Made by a program: the position numbers and the translations under genes. The notes under the pieces were generated by a model. That model was not told where the DNA came from, made no database searches, and saw only the letters and a program-made list of their open reading frames with translations. 64,000 nt of DNA. It comes from Bacteroidota bacterium. Lineage in GTDB: Bacteria; Bacteroidota; Ignavibacteria; Kryptoniales; JAKASW01. Positions 20,119 to 31,184 of the stretch are shown piece after piece (the first letter of the stretch is position 1; every line of letters begins with the position of its first letter). The stretch spans positions 23,129 to 87,128 of the forward strand of contig JAKAGT010000014.1 of the NCBI GenBank assembly GCA_021825585.1. The letters are read 5' to 3'.

Positions 20119-20706
20119 ATGACAGCATACCGTCCTCTACCGGCTGAGTTTTATCGCAGGGATACACTTCACCTCGTACCTGAGATCCTGGGAAAAGTCC
20201 TTGTGAGGAAGGTATGCGGGAAGGCGCTCGCCGGCCGGATAGTCGAAGTCGAGGCATACATAGGCGATGACCCGGCGAGTCATGCGGCCCGTGGTATGAC
20301 CATGAGAAACAAAGTGATGTTCGAAGACGGCGGCGTGTCATACGTTTACTTCACTTATGGCATGCACTTCTGCTTCAACATTGTCACTGAAAAGAAGGGG
20401 TTCCCCGCAGCTCTCCTGGTACGGGCTCTCGAACCTCTGTGCGGAATTGAAGACATGAAGAAGCGGCGGGGAACCGATAATCTGCACAATCTGACGAACG
20501 GACCGGCGAAGCTTTGTCAGGCTATGGGTATCGACCGTGAATTGAATGGAGAAAAACTGACAGGAGGCAGGCTCTTCATTGCCGACGACGGTTATGCGGT
20601 CGACGTAAAGGCGATTGGGCGCTCAACGAGGATAGGAATCAGAGTCGGAAGGGAAGCTAAATGGAGGTTTTTCCTGAAGGGGAGCGAATTCCTGAGCAGG
20701 CTTTAG
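20119..20706 (+). CDS. DNA-3-methyladenine glycosylase (AAG/Mpg family)
   Basis: 195 aa with FYRRDTLHLVPEILGK, VEVEAYIG..DPASHA, YFTYGMHFCFN and NGPAKLCQAMGI motifs. Confidence 0.85.
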   Translation: MTAYRPLPAEFYRRDTLHLVPEILGKVLVRKVCGKALAGRIVEVEAYIGDDPASHAARGMTMRNKVMFEDGGVSYVYFTYGMHFCFNIVTEKKGFPAALLVRALEPLCGIEDMKKRRGTDNLHNLTNGPAKLCQAMGIDRELNGEKLTGGRLFIADDGYAVDVKAIGRSTRIGIRVGREAKWRFFLKGSEFLSRL

Positions 20707-21380
20707 CCGAGGAAGAAAACGCTCACATGCGGCAGGAATATTACGTATAACGCCCACATCGTCAGGCCGAATGCTATCGGGACTGCAATATTGTCATCGA
20801 CCACGTTATACGAAATGACTTCGGCAACTGAGGCTACGACCGTTGCCGCAGCACCTATCAGGTATTCGGCAACCAGATAATCTACCTTCGGAGTAAGTGC
20901 TACTCCGACAATCCCTGCTATGATAAATGCGAGAGATCCCTCGTAACTCTTCGGCATGCCTCTGCCGGGGAAGATCTTGTGTCTTCCGAACCTCTTGCCG
21001 AAGACGGCCGAAGCAGCATCGGCAAGTATGAGCACGGTAAAGCTTGTGATCATGATGTACTTGGGGAAAATAACGATGCAGATGGCTGCCGAAATCAGCA
21101 TGAAGGTTGCGCCGTTCAGCGCGTGCTTCTTTTCATCGACCTCGTGCCTACGGAGAAGGAATCCGAAGAATCTGTAGAAGAAGGTCGAGATCAGCGGGAC
21201 ATCGTAACGGGCCAGGTCCACTATAATGAACGCGACGGTCATGGGGATAAGTATCTCCAGGGTGAGCGGCTTGGGGATGAAATAGTAGATAACAGGAATG
21301 AGAAGCGAGAAAAGGTGAATGGCTTTCCTGATCAGCTCCCCGCGAAAGTCTACAGCGTCCTGGACGGCAGTTTCTCCCAT
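20703..21380 (-). CDS. Polyprenol/phytol/dolichol kinase family (CTP-dependent) membrane protein
   Basis: 225-aa polytopic protein with RKAIH, LADAASAVFGKRFGRHKI and KSYEGSLAF motifs, typical of the SEC59/VTE5 family. Confidence 0.65.
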   Translation of the reverse strand: MGETAVQDAVDFRGELIRKAIHLFSLLIPVIYYFIPKPLTLEILIPMTVAFIIVDLARYDVPLISTFFYRFFGFLLRRHEVDEKKHALNGATFMLISAAICIVIFPKYIMITSFTVLILADAASAVFGKRFGRHKIFPGRGMPKSYEGSLAFIIAGIVGVALTPKVDYLVAEYLIGAAATVVASVAEVISYNVVDDNIAVPIAFGLTMWALYVIFLPHVSVFFLG

Positions 21381-21458
21381 GAACTTAAAAGCGAGGCAAA
21401 AAGTGTGCGATCATAAACTTATCTGACCGCGATCATCCATCGAAACAGGAGGCGCAAC

Positions 21459-23504
21459 TTAATTCGTGCTTTGTTGCGACGTCGTGACCTGCCCGCTCGG
21501 TACCTCAGGCTGGCTCTTCCCGTTGCCGTTCGGTCTGACGAATGGAGGAAGCTCTTCACCCTTGATCGACTTGCGTATTTCTTCGGCGTCGAGGATTTCA
21601 CGTTCGAGGAGGGCGCTCGCCAATCTGTCCAGTGCATCTCTATGCTCGTTTATTATTTCCTCTGCACGAGTCATACACTTCAGGACGATTCCTCTTATCT
21701 CTTCATCTATTTCGATCGCAGTCTTTTCGCTGTAGTTCCGGTGCTTCGTTATCTCTCTACCGAGGAATATCTCCTGCTCATTCTCTCCCCATGTCAGAGG
21801 ACCGAGCTTATCACTCATTCCCCATTCGCACACCATCTTTCTGGCAATTGTCGTCGCCTTTTCGATGTCGTTCCCGGCGCCGGTGGTATATTTGCCGAAA
21901 ATAATTCTCTCTGCCGCCCGTCCGCCGAGCGCGTACGTAATCATGGCAAGGAGGTACTCGCGTGAGTACGTGTGCTTCTCGTCTATTGGAAGATAGGTCG
22001 TAACTCCGAGCGCTCTTCCGCGGGGGATGATCGTAACCTTGTGGACAGGGTCCGCTTCGGGGACCATCTTAGCTACGAGCACGTGTCCTGACTCGTGGTA
22101 CGCAGTCACCTTCTTTTCTTCATCGGAGATGATCGTGCTCTTTCTCTCAGGCCCCATCATGACCTTATCTTTCGCTTCCTCCATGTCGAGCATGGAAACA
22201 GTCGTGCTGTTTTTTCTCGCGGCAAGGAGGGCAGCCTCGTTGACAAGATTCGCCAGCTCTGCACCGGCAAAACCGGGGGTCTCTTTGGCGATGATGCTCA
22301 GGTCGACATCCTGCGCGAGAGGAATACTCCTGGTGTGTACCTTGAGTATTCCCTCTCTCCCTTTCACGTCGGGTCTGTCGACAACGATCTGCCGGTCGAA
22401 TCTTCCGGGGCGAAGGAGGGCAGGGTCGAGAACGTCCGGTCGGTTAGTGGCAGCAATTATGATCACTCCGCTGTTTTGCTCGAAACCGTCCATCTCTACC
22501 AGTAGCTGATTAAGCGTCTGTTCACGCTCGTCATGTCCGCCGCCGAGCCCGGCTCCTCTGTGCCTGCCGACCGCGTCGATCTCGTCTATGAACACAATGC
22601 ACGGGGCGTTCTTTTTTGCCGTGTCAAACAGGTCGCGAACACGGCTCGCACCCACGCCGACAAACATCTCGACGAAATCCGCACCGCTGATTGAGAAGAA
22701 TGGCACGCCGGCCTCGCCCGCGACTGCCCGGGCCAACAGCGTCTTGCCTGTTCCGGGAGGTCCGAGAAGCAATACGCCGCGCGGGATCTTGCCGCCGAGC
22801 CGTTGAAACTTGGCCGGCTCCTTCAGGAATTCGATAATCTCTCCCAGCTCTTCCTTGGCCTCGTCGGCACCGGCAACATCGTGGAAGGTCACCTTGACCT
22901 GGCTCTCAGTCATTAACTTCGCACGGCTCTTGCCGAAACTGAAGATGCCTTTCGTATTGTTGCCCTGCATTCGGCGCATGAACACAAGCCAGATTCCGAT
23001 CAGCAGAACCCACGGCAGGAAGCTGATCAATCCATTCACCCATTGCTCGTTCTCTCTGACGAAGTTGAATTTTATGCCCTCCTTTTCCCATTGGGCGACC
23101 ACGTTCGGGTCTCCGGCCTGAGGGAGGAACACCTTGAACTTCTCTATCTTTGTCCTTTTTCCGGTGCTGGTTGTGATTTCAGTGGGCTCTTTAAGTGTAC
23201 CGTGAAAATCGTAATTGTTGATCTCTGATTTCTTTATCACCGCTTCTTTGATCAACCCCGAATCGAGCAATGTCTGGTATTGAGTATAGGTTATCTCAGT
23301 TTCCGGATTATCATTGCTGCGGAACAACGTCATTACGATGAAAACCGCCAATATTATCGTGGCCCAGCCGATTATGATTCTTCCTGTTTTCCAGTTGAAG
23401 TCCTCTTCGGGAGGTTGATTCGAGCGTCTCTTAAGGTTCGGAGGTGTAACTCTTCGTTTTGGTGGAGCGTTTTTATTTCTATCGTTTTGTGTATTTGGCA
23501 TCAA
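21459..23504 (-). CDS. ftsH: ATP-dependent zinc metalloprotease FtsH
   Basis: 681 aa with [18 protein letters not shown], the SRH region, and the HESGH zinc site. Confidence 0.95.
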   Translation of the reverse strand: MMPNTQNDRNKNAPPKRRVTPPNLKRRSNQPPEEDFNWKTGRIIIGWATIILAVFIVMTLFRSNDNPETEITYTQYQTLLDSGLIKEAVIKKSEINNYDFHGTLKEPTEITTSTGKRTKIEKFKVFLPQAGDPNVVAQWEKEGIKFNFVRENEQWVNGLISFLPWVLLIGIWLVFMRRMQGNNTKGIFSFGKSRAKLMTESQVKVTFHDVAGADEAKEELGEIIEFLKEPAKFQRLGGKIPRGVLLLGPPGTGKTLLARAVAGEAGVPFFSISGADFVEMFVGVGASRVRDLFDTAKKNAPCIVFIDEIDAVGRHRGAGLGGGHDEREQTLNQLLVEMDGFEQNSGVIIIAATNRPDVLDPALLRPGRFDRQIVVDRPDVKGREGILKVHTRSIPLAQDVDLSIIAKETPGFAGAELANLVNEAALLAARKNSTTVSMLDMEEAKDKVMMGPERKSTIISDEEKKVTAYHESGHVLVAKMVPEADPVHKVTIIPRGRALGVTTYLPIDEKHTYSREYLLAMITYALGGRAAERIIFGKYTTGAGNDIEKATTIARKMVCEWGMSDKLGPLTWGENEQEIFLGREITKHRNYSEKTAIEIDEEIRGIVLKCMTRAEEIINEHRDALDRLASALLEREILDAEEIRKSIKGEELPPFVRPNGNGKSQPEVPSGQVTTSQQSTN

Positions 23505-23519
23505 AAAACTCCTATGAAG

Positions 23520-24083
23520 CTATTTATCCAAGACATATATCGCCCGTAAATTCCTTGCCTTCTGCGCGTAATCCAGACCATAGCCAATGACGAAGTGATT
23601 TGGTATTTGGAATCCTATGTAATCTACCTTAAAATCGATCTTGACGCAATCACTCTTGTAAAGTAGGGTTACCACGCTGAAGGAAAGAGGATTCTGTTTG
23701 GTAACCAGTCTCTTTATAAAATCCATGGACAGGCCCGAGTCTATGATATCCTCTACGATTATGATGTCCCTGTCTGTTACTTGACAATTTAGGTCCTTTA
23801 AAAGTTTCACATTTCCCGAGGAAATCTTCGCGTCTCCATAGCTCGACAACTTGAAAAAGTCGATTTCGCAGTCGACATCTATCTCCCGTATGAGGTCGGA
23901 AAAGAAGATGAACGAGCCGTTGAGTACCCCGATGAAAATCGGCGTTTTTCCGGCATATTTCGCGTTTAGTTCTCCCGCCAGTTCCTTTATGCGTTTCTTG
24001 ATATCTTCCTCACTAATAAACAGGCGGAACCGCTCGTTATTGACGGTGACAAACCGCAGGGGTTCATTTATAACCGAATTCAA
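23520..24083 (-). CDS. hpt: Hypoxanthine phosphoribosyltransferase
   Basis: 187 aa with the PRPP motif IIIVEDIIDSGLS. Conserved tilS-hpt-ftsH order. Confidence 0.9.
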   Translation of the reverse strand: MNSVINEPLRFVTVNNERFRLFISEEDIKKRIKELAGELNAKYAGKTPIFIGVLNGSFIFFSDLIREIDVDCEIDFFKLSSYGDAKISSGNVKLLKDLNCQVTDRDIIIVEDIIDSGLSMDFIKRLVTKQNPLSFSVVTLLYKSDCVKIDFKVDYIGFQIPNHFVIGYGLDYAQKARNLRAIYVLDK

Positions 24084-25440
24084 GCTTCAATATTCTCCTA
24101 GTTTGTTCTGTCATTCTGAAACGGTCGTCGACTCTCAAGCCGCAGACCCATACCACATTATCTCTGTTCGTCAATACCAACACGTTGCTCTTCTGGTATA
24201 TCGGTATTTTCGAGTCAATCAGAAAATCGCTAATCTTCTTGTGCCCCTTCAGTCCAAGCGGTACAAACGAATCACCGGAGTGCCATGTCCGCAAAGTGAG
24301 GACATCTCCTACCAGATCGGCGTCAACAAATTCAACAACGGGAGAAAGCGAAAAGTGCACATCGCTCCGGTCTACGATCTCAGTGCTCAGGTAGAACTCA
24401 TCAAATTCATACTTCTTGCCCGGCAGGATCTCGGCTACGAATTCCTCCGGCTCTTTCGGGTTCTTTATAAACACGAGATTACGCCTGTCTTTGTAAACGA
24501 CAACCCCGTTCCCGAGCTCGATTGAACTTCCAGTTTCGGAATCGAGCAAATCCATTATTGCATGGACCTTTGCGTAGTCAACTTCCCCCTTCACGAAATC
24601 TTTCAATGCAGTCATGATTATGGTCTCCTGCAGGAAAAGAAGAGAGTTCCTTAGCTTGAAGATATCGAGTATGAGCTTCTCGCTGTCGAAGTTCTTGGCT
24701 ACGCTCGCGTAAATGTTTCTGGTCTCGTTTTCGACAAAAGTCTCCAATTCCTGAAAAATTGCGGCGTTGCGGTTCAAAGCGGCTATCGCTGCCGGGTTAA
24801 TCCTCTCCAGGACCTGTGGAAGGAGCGTATGCCTTATGAAATTGCGTGTGTAGTGGTTCTTCAAATTCGATGAATCTTCGCGGTACTTAAGGCTCTTCAA
24901 TTTTGCATATTGTTCTATGTCGCTCCTCTCGGCAAACAAAAGAGGGCGTATGATACTCTCGCGCACGACCGGAATTCCGCCCAAGCCGCTTGCCCCTGAC
25001 CCGCGCAAAAGGTTAAGGAGAACCGTCTCCGCGTTGTCGTTTGCGTTATGTGCCGTGGCTATTTTCGTTAAATTCTTGAGAATTTTTACTGTTTCAAAGA
25101 ACTTGTACCGGATTTCTCTTGCTCCCACCTGGAGAGAAGCCTTGTGTTCCACCATGAACGCTTTGACATCTGCAACATGGACGAAGCACTCAATGCCGTA
25201 GTCTTCTGCCAATTTCTCGACGAATTTCTGGTCCTGATCTGATTCTTCCCCGCGCAGCTGGTGATTTATATGGGCAATCGAAATATCCAGCTTGTAAAGC
25301 CCCCTTAAATCCATCAGCAAATCCAGAAGCACCACTGAATCGATGCCTCCTGAAACTCCAACGATTATCTTGTCGTTTTCCGAGACAAGCTGGTACTTGC
25401 GAACAAAGCTTTCGAATCTATTAAAAAAGCTACGCAACAT
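24064..25440 (-). CDS. tilS: tRNA(Ile)-lysidine synthetase
   Basis: PP-loop GVSGGIDS. The likely start is ATG at 25440 (MLRSFFNRFESF..); the ORF-track start at 25524 adds 28 unlikely residues. Confidence 0.85.
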   Translation of the reverse strand: MLRSFFNRFESFVRKYQLVSENDKIIVGVSGGIDSVVLLDLLMDLRGLYKLDISIAHINHQLRGEESDQDQKFVEKLAEDYGIECFVHVADVKAFMVEHKASLQVGAREIRYKFFETVKILKNLTKIATAHNANDNAETVLLNLLRGSGASGLGGIPVVRESIIRPLLFAERSDIEQYAKLKSLKYREDSSNLKNHYTRNFIRHTLLPQVLERINPAAIAALNRNAAIFQELETFVENETRNIYASVAKNFDSEKLILDIFKLRNSLLFLQETIIMTALKDFVKGEVDYAKVHAIMDLLDSETGSSIELGNGVVVYKDRRNLVFIKNPKEPEEFVAEILPGKKYEFDEFYLSTEIVDRSDVHFSLSPVVEFVDADLVGDVLTLRTWHSGDSFVPLGLKGHKKISDFLIDSKIPIYQKSNVLVLTNRDNVVWVCGLRVDDRFRMTEQTRRILKLEFGYK

Positions 25441-25952
25441 CGTGCATTGTGTACAGTTTAGAAAATGTCTCGCAGGGCGGGACTGGACTGCGCTTAAGTT
25501 ATTATTCCGGGGCGTCAATTGCAATTTTTAAACGGAAAGCGGTATGCTGCGAGCCAGACATGAAGAAGGACGGTCGACAAGAGCCGCGGCGGCAGCATGA
25601 AGTCGGCCCCCTAACCGGTTCTTCTCCGGGTGAGAAAAGCTTAACCCGTTGTGCCGCTGGAACTTCCGCATGATAATTGACTCCAGACCTTTCATCTGAT
25701 TCGGTTAAGAGAACCCCTGGTTATCTTAGTTTGTTAGGTGAGAGTGACTTACGTGCATCCGGTGGGCTGTCCTGGCCCATTGCAGGTGAATCCCAGGTGA
25801 TTTTTATTTATAATTACGGTGGACGAAAGCGAACAGAGAAGTTCTACAATGGCCAGTACCCCACTCAAGGGGTGTGCCTTTATTCAAGAGAGGAAAAAGG
25901 CCTGGGGCCGTTGACCTTCTATTTTGAATAAGATGAAAATAGATCGAGTATT

Positions 25953-28844
25953 ATGGACGTATTGAGAGAGTTTTGCGGACCAAACGCAGGTTATGTTTTA
26001 GAACTTTACGATAGATTCCTTGCAGATCCGAATTCGGTAGACGAGGAAGCAAAGGGAGCCTTTCAGAAATGGGGGCGGGAACTTGCCGAGGCAATATCCT
26101 GGACTTCATCGACTTCGGAAAAAACCGGTCAGGGCCGAGTCGCTTCCGAGGGGGAACGGAAAACCATACTTTCCGTTGCAAGTCTGGCCCATGACATCAG
26201 GCAGTTCGGACATCTGGCGGCACATCTTGACCCGCTCGGCCTGCTTCCTGAAAGCGCGTCGATACTCCGGATGGATTCGTACAGATTAACGAACGATATT
26301 CTCAAGAAACTTCCGGCAGACATAGTGAGCGGCCCCGTCGTCGCCAAATCGGGGAATGCACTCGAAGCAATCGAGACCCTGATGGACATCTATACATCGA
26401 CCGTCGGATTCGACTTCGAGCATGTCCATGATGTAGATGAGCGAACATGGCTGCGAGACGTAATCGAGTGCAGGGAGTTCTCCCGCCTCGTTGTCCCTGT
26501 CGATGAGAAATCGATGCTTGAGAAGCTGACACAGGTCGAAGTATTCGAGCAATTTCTGCAGCGCTCTTTCCCGGGCAAATTCAGATTTTCAATCGAGGGT
26601 GTGGACATGCTTGTGCCCATGCTTGGAGAACTTGTCACGCACGCCCGCACAAAATCGCTCATCATAGGCATGGCGCACCGTGGGCGGCTTAATGTCCTGG
26701 CACATATCCTCCAGCTTCCGTACGCAGCAATCTTCGCCGAGTTCAGGGATCCTGCCCGCCATCGGAATTCACGTGTTGACCTGGACTGGACCGGCGACGT
26801 GAAATATCATCTCGGCGGATTCCGCATTCAGCAAAACAGTTCGCCGAAGGAGCTGGAGATTCTTCTTGCGCCAAATCCAAGCCATCTTGAGGCAATTGAT
26901 CCCGTGATAGAAGGGATGGCACGTGCTTCCGGAACGGACGCGCAGCATGGAGGAAAGCCGAAATTCGATCCCAGTATCACGCTTCCCGTCCTGATCCACG
27001 GCGACGCTTCTTTCCCCGGACAGGGAATAGTTGCCGAGACGTTGAACTTCTCGAGACTGGATGGCTACTCCACGGGTGGAACGATTCACATAATCACGAA
27101 TAACCAGCTCGGGTACACTGCCCTCCCCAGTGAATCGAGGAGCACAAGGTATGCGAGCGACCTTGCGAAGGGTTTTGAAATACCGATCGTCCACGTCAAT
27201 GCCGACGATCCCGAAGCGTGCATAGAGACAATAAGGATCGCATCTGCCTACAGAGAAAAATTTCACAAGGATTTTCTGATCGACCTGGTCGGATACCGGC
27301 GGCACGGTCATAATGAGAGCGATGAGCCGACATTCACGCAGCCCTTGATGTACGAGAGGATACAGGGTACTCCCACAGTCAGGCAGAAGTGGGCGAAGAC
27401 CCTTGAGCAAAGGAATATTATCCAGCCGGATGAGGCCGCCAGGCTGGTCAAGACCGAGTTTGACCGGCTGCAGTCGGTGCTCTCGTCGCTCGAGCCGGAC
27501 AAGGCGTTGATCGAGACACGTCCGGTGGCGCCTCCTTCCGGGATTGCGAAGCGCGTCAAGACTCAGGTCCCGCTTGAAAGGCTGAAGAAGCTCAACGAAG
27601 AGCTGTTGACCTTCCCTGACGGATTTTCCATTCACCCGAAACTCGTTCGATCGGTGGAAAAGCGAAGAGTCGTTTTCGACAATCCGGATAGTCCGACGAT
27701 CGATTGGGCCGCGGCTGAATTATTCGCACTCTCCTCGATCATCCAGGAAGGAATTCCGATTCGGTTCAGCGGTCAGGACTCGGACAGAGGGACTTTCAGT
27801 CACAGGCACTTGACGTATCATGACATCAAGAACGGGAACACGTTCAATCCCCTTCAATCGCTTCGCGACGCGAAGGCGGGATTCGAGATTTACAACAGTC
27901 CGTTGACCGAGAACGCCGCCATAGGCTTCGAATACGGCTACAACGTCCAGGAGCCGGAGAGGCTCGTCATCTGGGAAGCCCAGTACGGTGACTTCATAAA
28001 CAACGCGCAGATCATGGTGGATGAGTTCATCACTTCGGCGCGGGCAAAGTGGGGCCAGACCACATCGGTCGTCCTTCTCCTGCCGCACGCTTACGAGGGG
28101 CAGGGGCCGGATCATTCGAGCGGCCGCCTGGAGCGGTACCTGGAATTAGCCGCGGAGACCAACATACGAGTTGCCAATTGCACGACCTCTGCTCAATATT
28201 TCCACCTGTTGAGGCGGCAGGCCCTCGTTCTTAAGACGGATCCGCTCCCGCTGGTCGTTATGACTCCTAAGGGACTGCTGCGTCATCCGCACACCGCTTC
28301 GACTCCGCGAGACCTTGTTGAAGGGAAATGGCGGTCTGTTATCGACGATCCGGACACGGCAAACCTGCGCAACAAGACCGAGAGGCTCATTCTCTGCAGC
28401 GGGAAGGTCTTCGTCGATTTGATGGACAGTGAACTCAGGAGGGGCAACGACCGCGTGGCTGTTGTGCGAATTGAACAATTATATCCGTTTCCCGCCGATG
28501 AGCTGAGGGACGCGGTAAAAGGCTACAAGCGTCTCAAAGAAATAGTCTGGGTGCAGGAAGAGCCTGAGAACATGGGGGCTTTGAACTACATCCGACCGCT
28601 CCTGCAAGACCTGTTTGGCGCGAAACTGCCGATCAATTATATAAGCAGAACCCGTAACGCAAGCCCGGCCGAGGGTTCGACCGCCCTGCATATCGCACAC
28701 CAGAAAGAGATAATTGAACGCGCGTACGGGTGGAATCTGGATGCCGTAGAGGCGGGGTCCGCAGAAGTTCCTTCGATAGGTGAGCTGGTCCCCAATCGAC
28801 AATCAGTCAATGAAGTCAACAGCACAGGAGGAAACTCGAGATGA
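25953..28844 (+). CDS. sucA: 2-oxoglutarate dehydrogenase E1 component
   Basis: 963 aa with typical E1o blocks (GMAHRGRLNVLAHIL, HGDASFPGQGIV, RRHGHNESDEP, LPHAYEGQGPDHSS). Confidence 0.95.
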   Translation: MDVLREFCGPNAGYVLELYDRFLADPNSVDEEAKGAFQKWGRELAEAISWTSSTSEKTGQGRVASEGERKTILSVASLAHDIRQFGHLAAHLDPLGLLPESASILRMDSYRLTNDILKKLPADIVSGPVVAKSGNALEAIETLMDIYTSTVGFDFEHVHDVDERTWLRDVIECREFSRLVVPVDEKSMLEKLTQVEVFEQFLQRSFPGKFRFSIEGVDMLVPMLGELVTHARTKSLIIGMAHRGRLNVLAHILQLPYAAIFAEFRDPARHRNSRVDLDWTGDVKYHLGGFRIQQNSSPKELEILLAPNPSHLEAIDPVIEGMARASGTDAQHGGKPKFDPSITLPVLIHGDASFPGQGIVAETLNFSRLDGYSTGGTIHIITNNQLGYTALPSESRSTRYASDLAKGFEIPIVHVNADDPEACIETIRIASAYREKFHKDFLIDLVGYRRHGHNESDEPTFTQPLMYERIQGTPTVRQKWAKTLEQRNIIQPDEAARLVKTEFDRLQSVLSSLEPDKALIETRPVAPPSGIAKRVKTQVPLERLKKLNEELLTFPDGFSIHPKLVRSVEKRRVVFDNPDSPTIDWAAAELFALSSIIQEGIPIRFSGQDSDRGTFSHRHLTYHDIKNGNTFNPLQSLRDAKAGFEIYNSPLTENAAIGFEYGYNVQEPERLVIWEAQYGDFINNAQIMVDEFITSARAKWGQTTSVVLLLPHAYEGQGPDHSSGRLERYLELAAETNIRVANCTTSAQYFHLLRRQALVLKTDPLPLVVMTPKGLLRHPHTASTPRDLVEGKWRSVIDDPDTANLRNKTERLILCSGKVFVDLMDSELRRGNDRVAVVRIEQLYPFPADELRDAVKGYKRLKEIVWVQEEPENMGALNYIRPLLQDLFGAKLPINYISRTRNASPAEGSTALHIAHQKEIIERAYGWNLDAVEAGSAEVPSIGELVPNRQSVNEVNSTGGNSR

Positions 28845-30121
28845 AACATGCGGTTGTCGTCCCCGCGCTCGGGGAATCAGTCGTCGAAGCGAGAATAGCG
28901 CATTGGTTGAAAAGAGAGGGCGAGGCAGTCGAAATCGGCGATGTCCTCGTCGAGCTCGAAACCGAAAAGGTCAACGTCGAAGTCGCCGCCCAGGAGTCTG
29001 GCGTCCTGACAAAGATCATCGCCCATAAGGGAGACACCGTACATATAGGAGATACGATCGGAGAGGTTGATGCGTCCGCTGCGCCGGCAGTCTCGCAAGC
29101 ATCAGGGGAAGTCTCCGCTGCATCGGAGGCAGTGAAGGCGCCTGCGAAGCAAACTGTTCAAGAGGAGAAAAGAGTCGAAGCGGCAGCCAGGGAGAAGGTG
29201 ACTCCGCTCGCAAAACGCGTAGCGGAGGTGAGCGGCCTTGAGATATCTGCAGTCTCAGGATCGGGTACGGGCGGCAGGGTGACCAAACACGACGTCGAAA
29301 GTTTTCTGTCGCACAAGAGCGAACCGGCAGCTTCAAACCACGGCGAGACCGGTGTCTCAGGACCCGAAAATGGCAAACAGAATACCCCCCGTCCCGTGCC
29401 TAAAATTGTTGCAACGGAGAGGAAAGAGCGAGAAGAGAGAGTCAGGATGTCTCTCCGGAGAAAGACTATAGCGCGAAGGATGGTAGAGGCCCAGCAATCG
29501 GCGGCAATGTTAACGACTTTTAACGAAGTCGACATGAGCCGTGTCATGGAACTAAGGAAGAAGTACAAGGAGAGTTTCAAGGAAAAACATGGTGTAAACC
29601 TGGGGATTGTCTCGTTCTTTGTGAAGGCGGCCATCACCGCTTTGAAGGAGTTCCCCAGGCTGAATGCGGAGATTGACGGCGACGACTTATTGTATAAATA
29701 TTATTACGACATCGGTGTCGCGATAGGTGCCGAGGAAGGGCTTGTCGTACCGGTACTCAGAAATGCCGACATGATGACGTTTGCAGAGATAGAGATGGGG
29801 ATTAAGAACTATGCCGAGAAGTCGGCCAGCGGCGCCTTGACGCTCGACGACCTGCGCGGCGGGACTTTTACGATTACGAATGGGGGAGTCTTCGGTTCAA
29901 TGATGAGCACGCCAATCCTCAATCCGCCTCAGGTCGGCATACTTGGACTGCATAAGATTGCAGAAAGACCGGTGGCCGAAAACGGTCAACTCGTAATAAA
30001 GCCCATGATGTATGTTGCCCTGACATACGACCATCGAATAGTCGACGGACGCGAGTCCGTGCAGTTTCTCGTCAAGGTAAAGGAGTTTGTCGAAGACCCC
30101 GCGACCATGCTGTTCGAGTAG
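28841..30121 (+). CDS. sucB: Dihydrolipoyllysine-residue succinyltransferase (E2o)
   Basis: Lipoyl domain (LVELETEKVNVEV), an Ala/Pro-rich linker, an E3-binding segment, and the catalytic DHRIVDG motif. ATGA overlap with sucA. Confidence 0.9.
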   Translation: MKHAVVVPALGESVVEARIAHWLKREGEAVEIGDVLVELETEKVNVEVAAQESGVLTKIIAHKGDTVHIGDTIGEVDASAAPAVSQASGEVSAASEAVKAPAKQTVQEEKRVEAAAREKVTPLAKRVAEVSGLEISAVSGSGTGGRVTKHDVESFLSHKSEPAASNHGETGVSGPENGKQNTPRPVPKIVATERKEREERVRMSLRRKTIARRMVEAQQSAAMLTTFNEVDMSRVMELRKKYKESFKEKHGVNLGIVSFFVKAAITALKEFPRLNAEIDGDDLLYKYYYDIGVAIGAEEGLVVPVLRNADMMTFAEIEMGIKNYAEKSASGALTLDDLRGGTFTITNGGVFGSMMSTPILNPPQVGILGLHKIAERPVAENGQLVIKPMMYVALTYDHRIVDGRESVQFLVKVKEFVEDPATMLFE

Positions 30122-30165
30122 AGTGAAGCACGTCGGGTGGTGGAAGAGGCGACGGACTCGAGACC

Positions 30166-30894
30166 CTATCCACGGCCGGATGCAGAAGTTTTCTTGACGG
30201 CGCTTTTCCTTTTTCTTTTGCCGAAATCCTTGGCGGATAATTCTCTTATCGCGTCGGCAGCGACCCACCTGGCGGTTGTCGAATCCATCTTCCTTATTTC
30301 GCGTGCCGTATCCAGTGCCGCTTTGTTCAGCTTCGGGTTTCGTTTCCCGATTTGTCGCAGGGCCCAGTTGACCGCTTTCTTCACGAAATTCCTCTCGTCG
30401 GCAGCCTCGCGCTTTATCAAGGGAAGAAATGAAATGAAAAGGTCGTCTCCTGTTCTCTTATCGTGAACGGCAAGGGACGCCATGAGGACAAATCCTGCAC
30501 GCTTCACAAATTCTTCCCGTCTCTTTGACCATTCTTTTGCCTTTGCTGCCGCAAACTCTGTCTTGTCGAACAGACTGCTGCAAATCTGATCGCAGACGTC
30601 CCATGAATCGAAGTCTTTTGCCCATTTCTCCATCTGAGAGCTCGTCACATTCTCTGGGTCGTCGATGTATCCGGCGAGGATCCTTGCCTCGTGAAGTTCT
30701 GTCTTCCACAATTCCGCGGCAAGGGCGTGGTTTCGCCCGATTTCCTTGGCAAGGTCGCGAAGAATCGGTATCGATATCCCCAATGTGTTCTTTGTGCTTA
30801 TCCCGAATCTGGCCAGCCCCTCCAGGCTCTCGGGATTGCGGAATTCCTCGAGCACCCTTACTACCTTCATTGCGTTGCGTTTCGGATTTTCCAT
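30166..30894 (-). CDS. DNA alkylation repair protein (AlkD/AlkC-like HEAT-repeat glycosylase family)
   Basis: About 243 aa from ATG 30894 (MENPKRNAMKVV..). Helical repeats with WDVCDQ, VKRAGF and NFVKKAVNWALRQIGKRN motifs characteristic of that family. Confidence 0.7.
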   Translation of the reverse strand: MENPKRNAMKVVRVLEEFRNPESLEGLARFGISTKNTLGISIPILRDLAKEIGRNHALAAELWKTELHEARILAGYIDDPENVTSSQMEKWAKDFDSWDVCDQICSSLFDKTEFAAAKAKEWSKRREEFVKRAGFVLMASLAVHDKRTGDDLFISFLPLIKREAADERNFVKKAVNWALRQIGKRNPKLNKAALDTAREIRKMDSTTARWVAADAIRELSAKDFGKRKRKSAVKKTSASGRG

Positions 30895-31148
30895 TTTTGC
30901 AGGCTCCCTGTTTCTCAATTCCCGGTATCGTAGATCGTCAGTTATCAACCCGCCGCACCATTTTTTGCCGGCCTGAGTTGTCGGCAATATGTTCGATCCT
31001 GCACGACTCGGATTCGCCATCAATATAGAAGCGTGCTGGTTCTAATGCCATCTCAGGCATCGAATCTGTCTGCTGGACCATCATATGTACCAGTCTCCTC
31101 ACAGCTGCCCCGCAGGATGACGAGGCTCCTTCTCTCACCGAGTCGCTG

Positions 31149-31178
31149 TTCAACCTTGATTAGACCTGCTTATATAAT
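31149..31178 (+). promoter_or_regulatory. Possible sigma70-type promoter for carB
   Basis: Perfect TATAAT at 31173-31178, and a weak -35 (TTCAAC, 31149-31154) at 18-nt spacing. This would favour the TTG at 31212 as the carB start. Confidence 0.3.
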
Positions 31179-31184
31179 TAACTT

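Noticed and set aside
25441-25952. The long tilS-sucA spacer might hold a known ncRNA (RNase P RNA, tmRNA, SRP RNA, a riboswitch).
   Set aside because: Hallmark conserved motifs of these families are absent on both strands. The region is kept only as an unexplained spacer (see findings).
31156-31178. TTGATT plus TATAAT might form a strong carB promoter.
   Set aside because: The two hexamers are only 11 nt apart, too close for sigma70. Only the weaker TTCAAC at 18-nt spacing is compatible, so the promoter call is low confidence.
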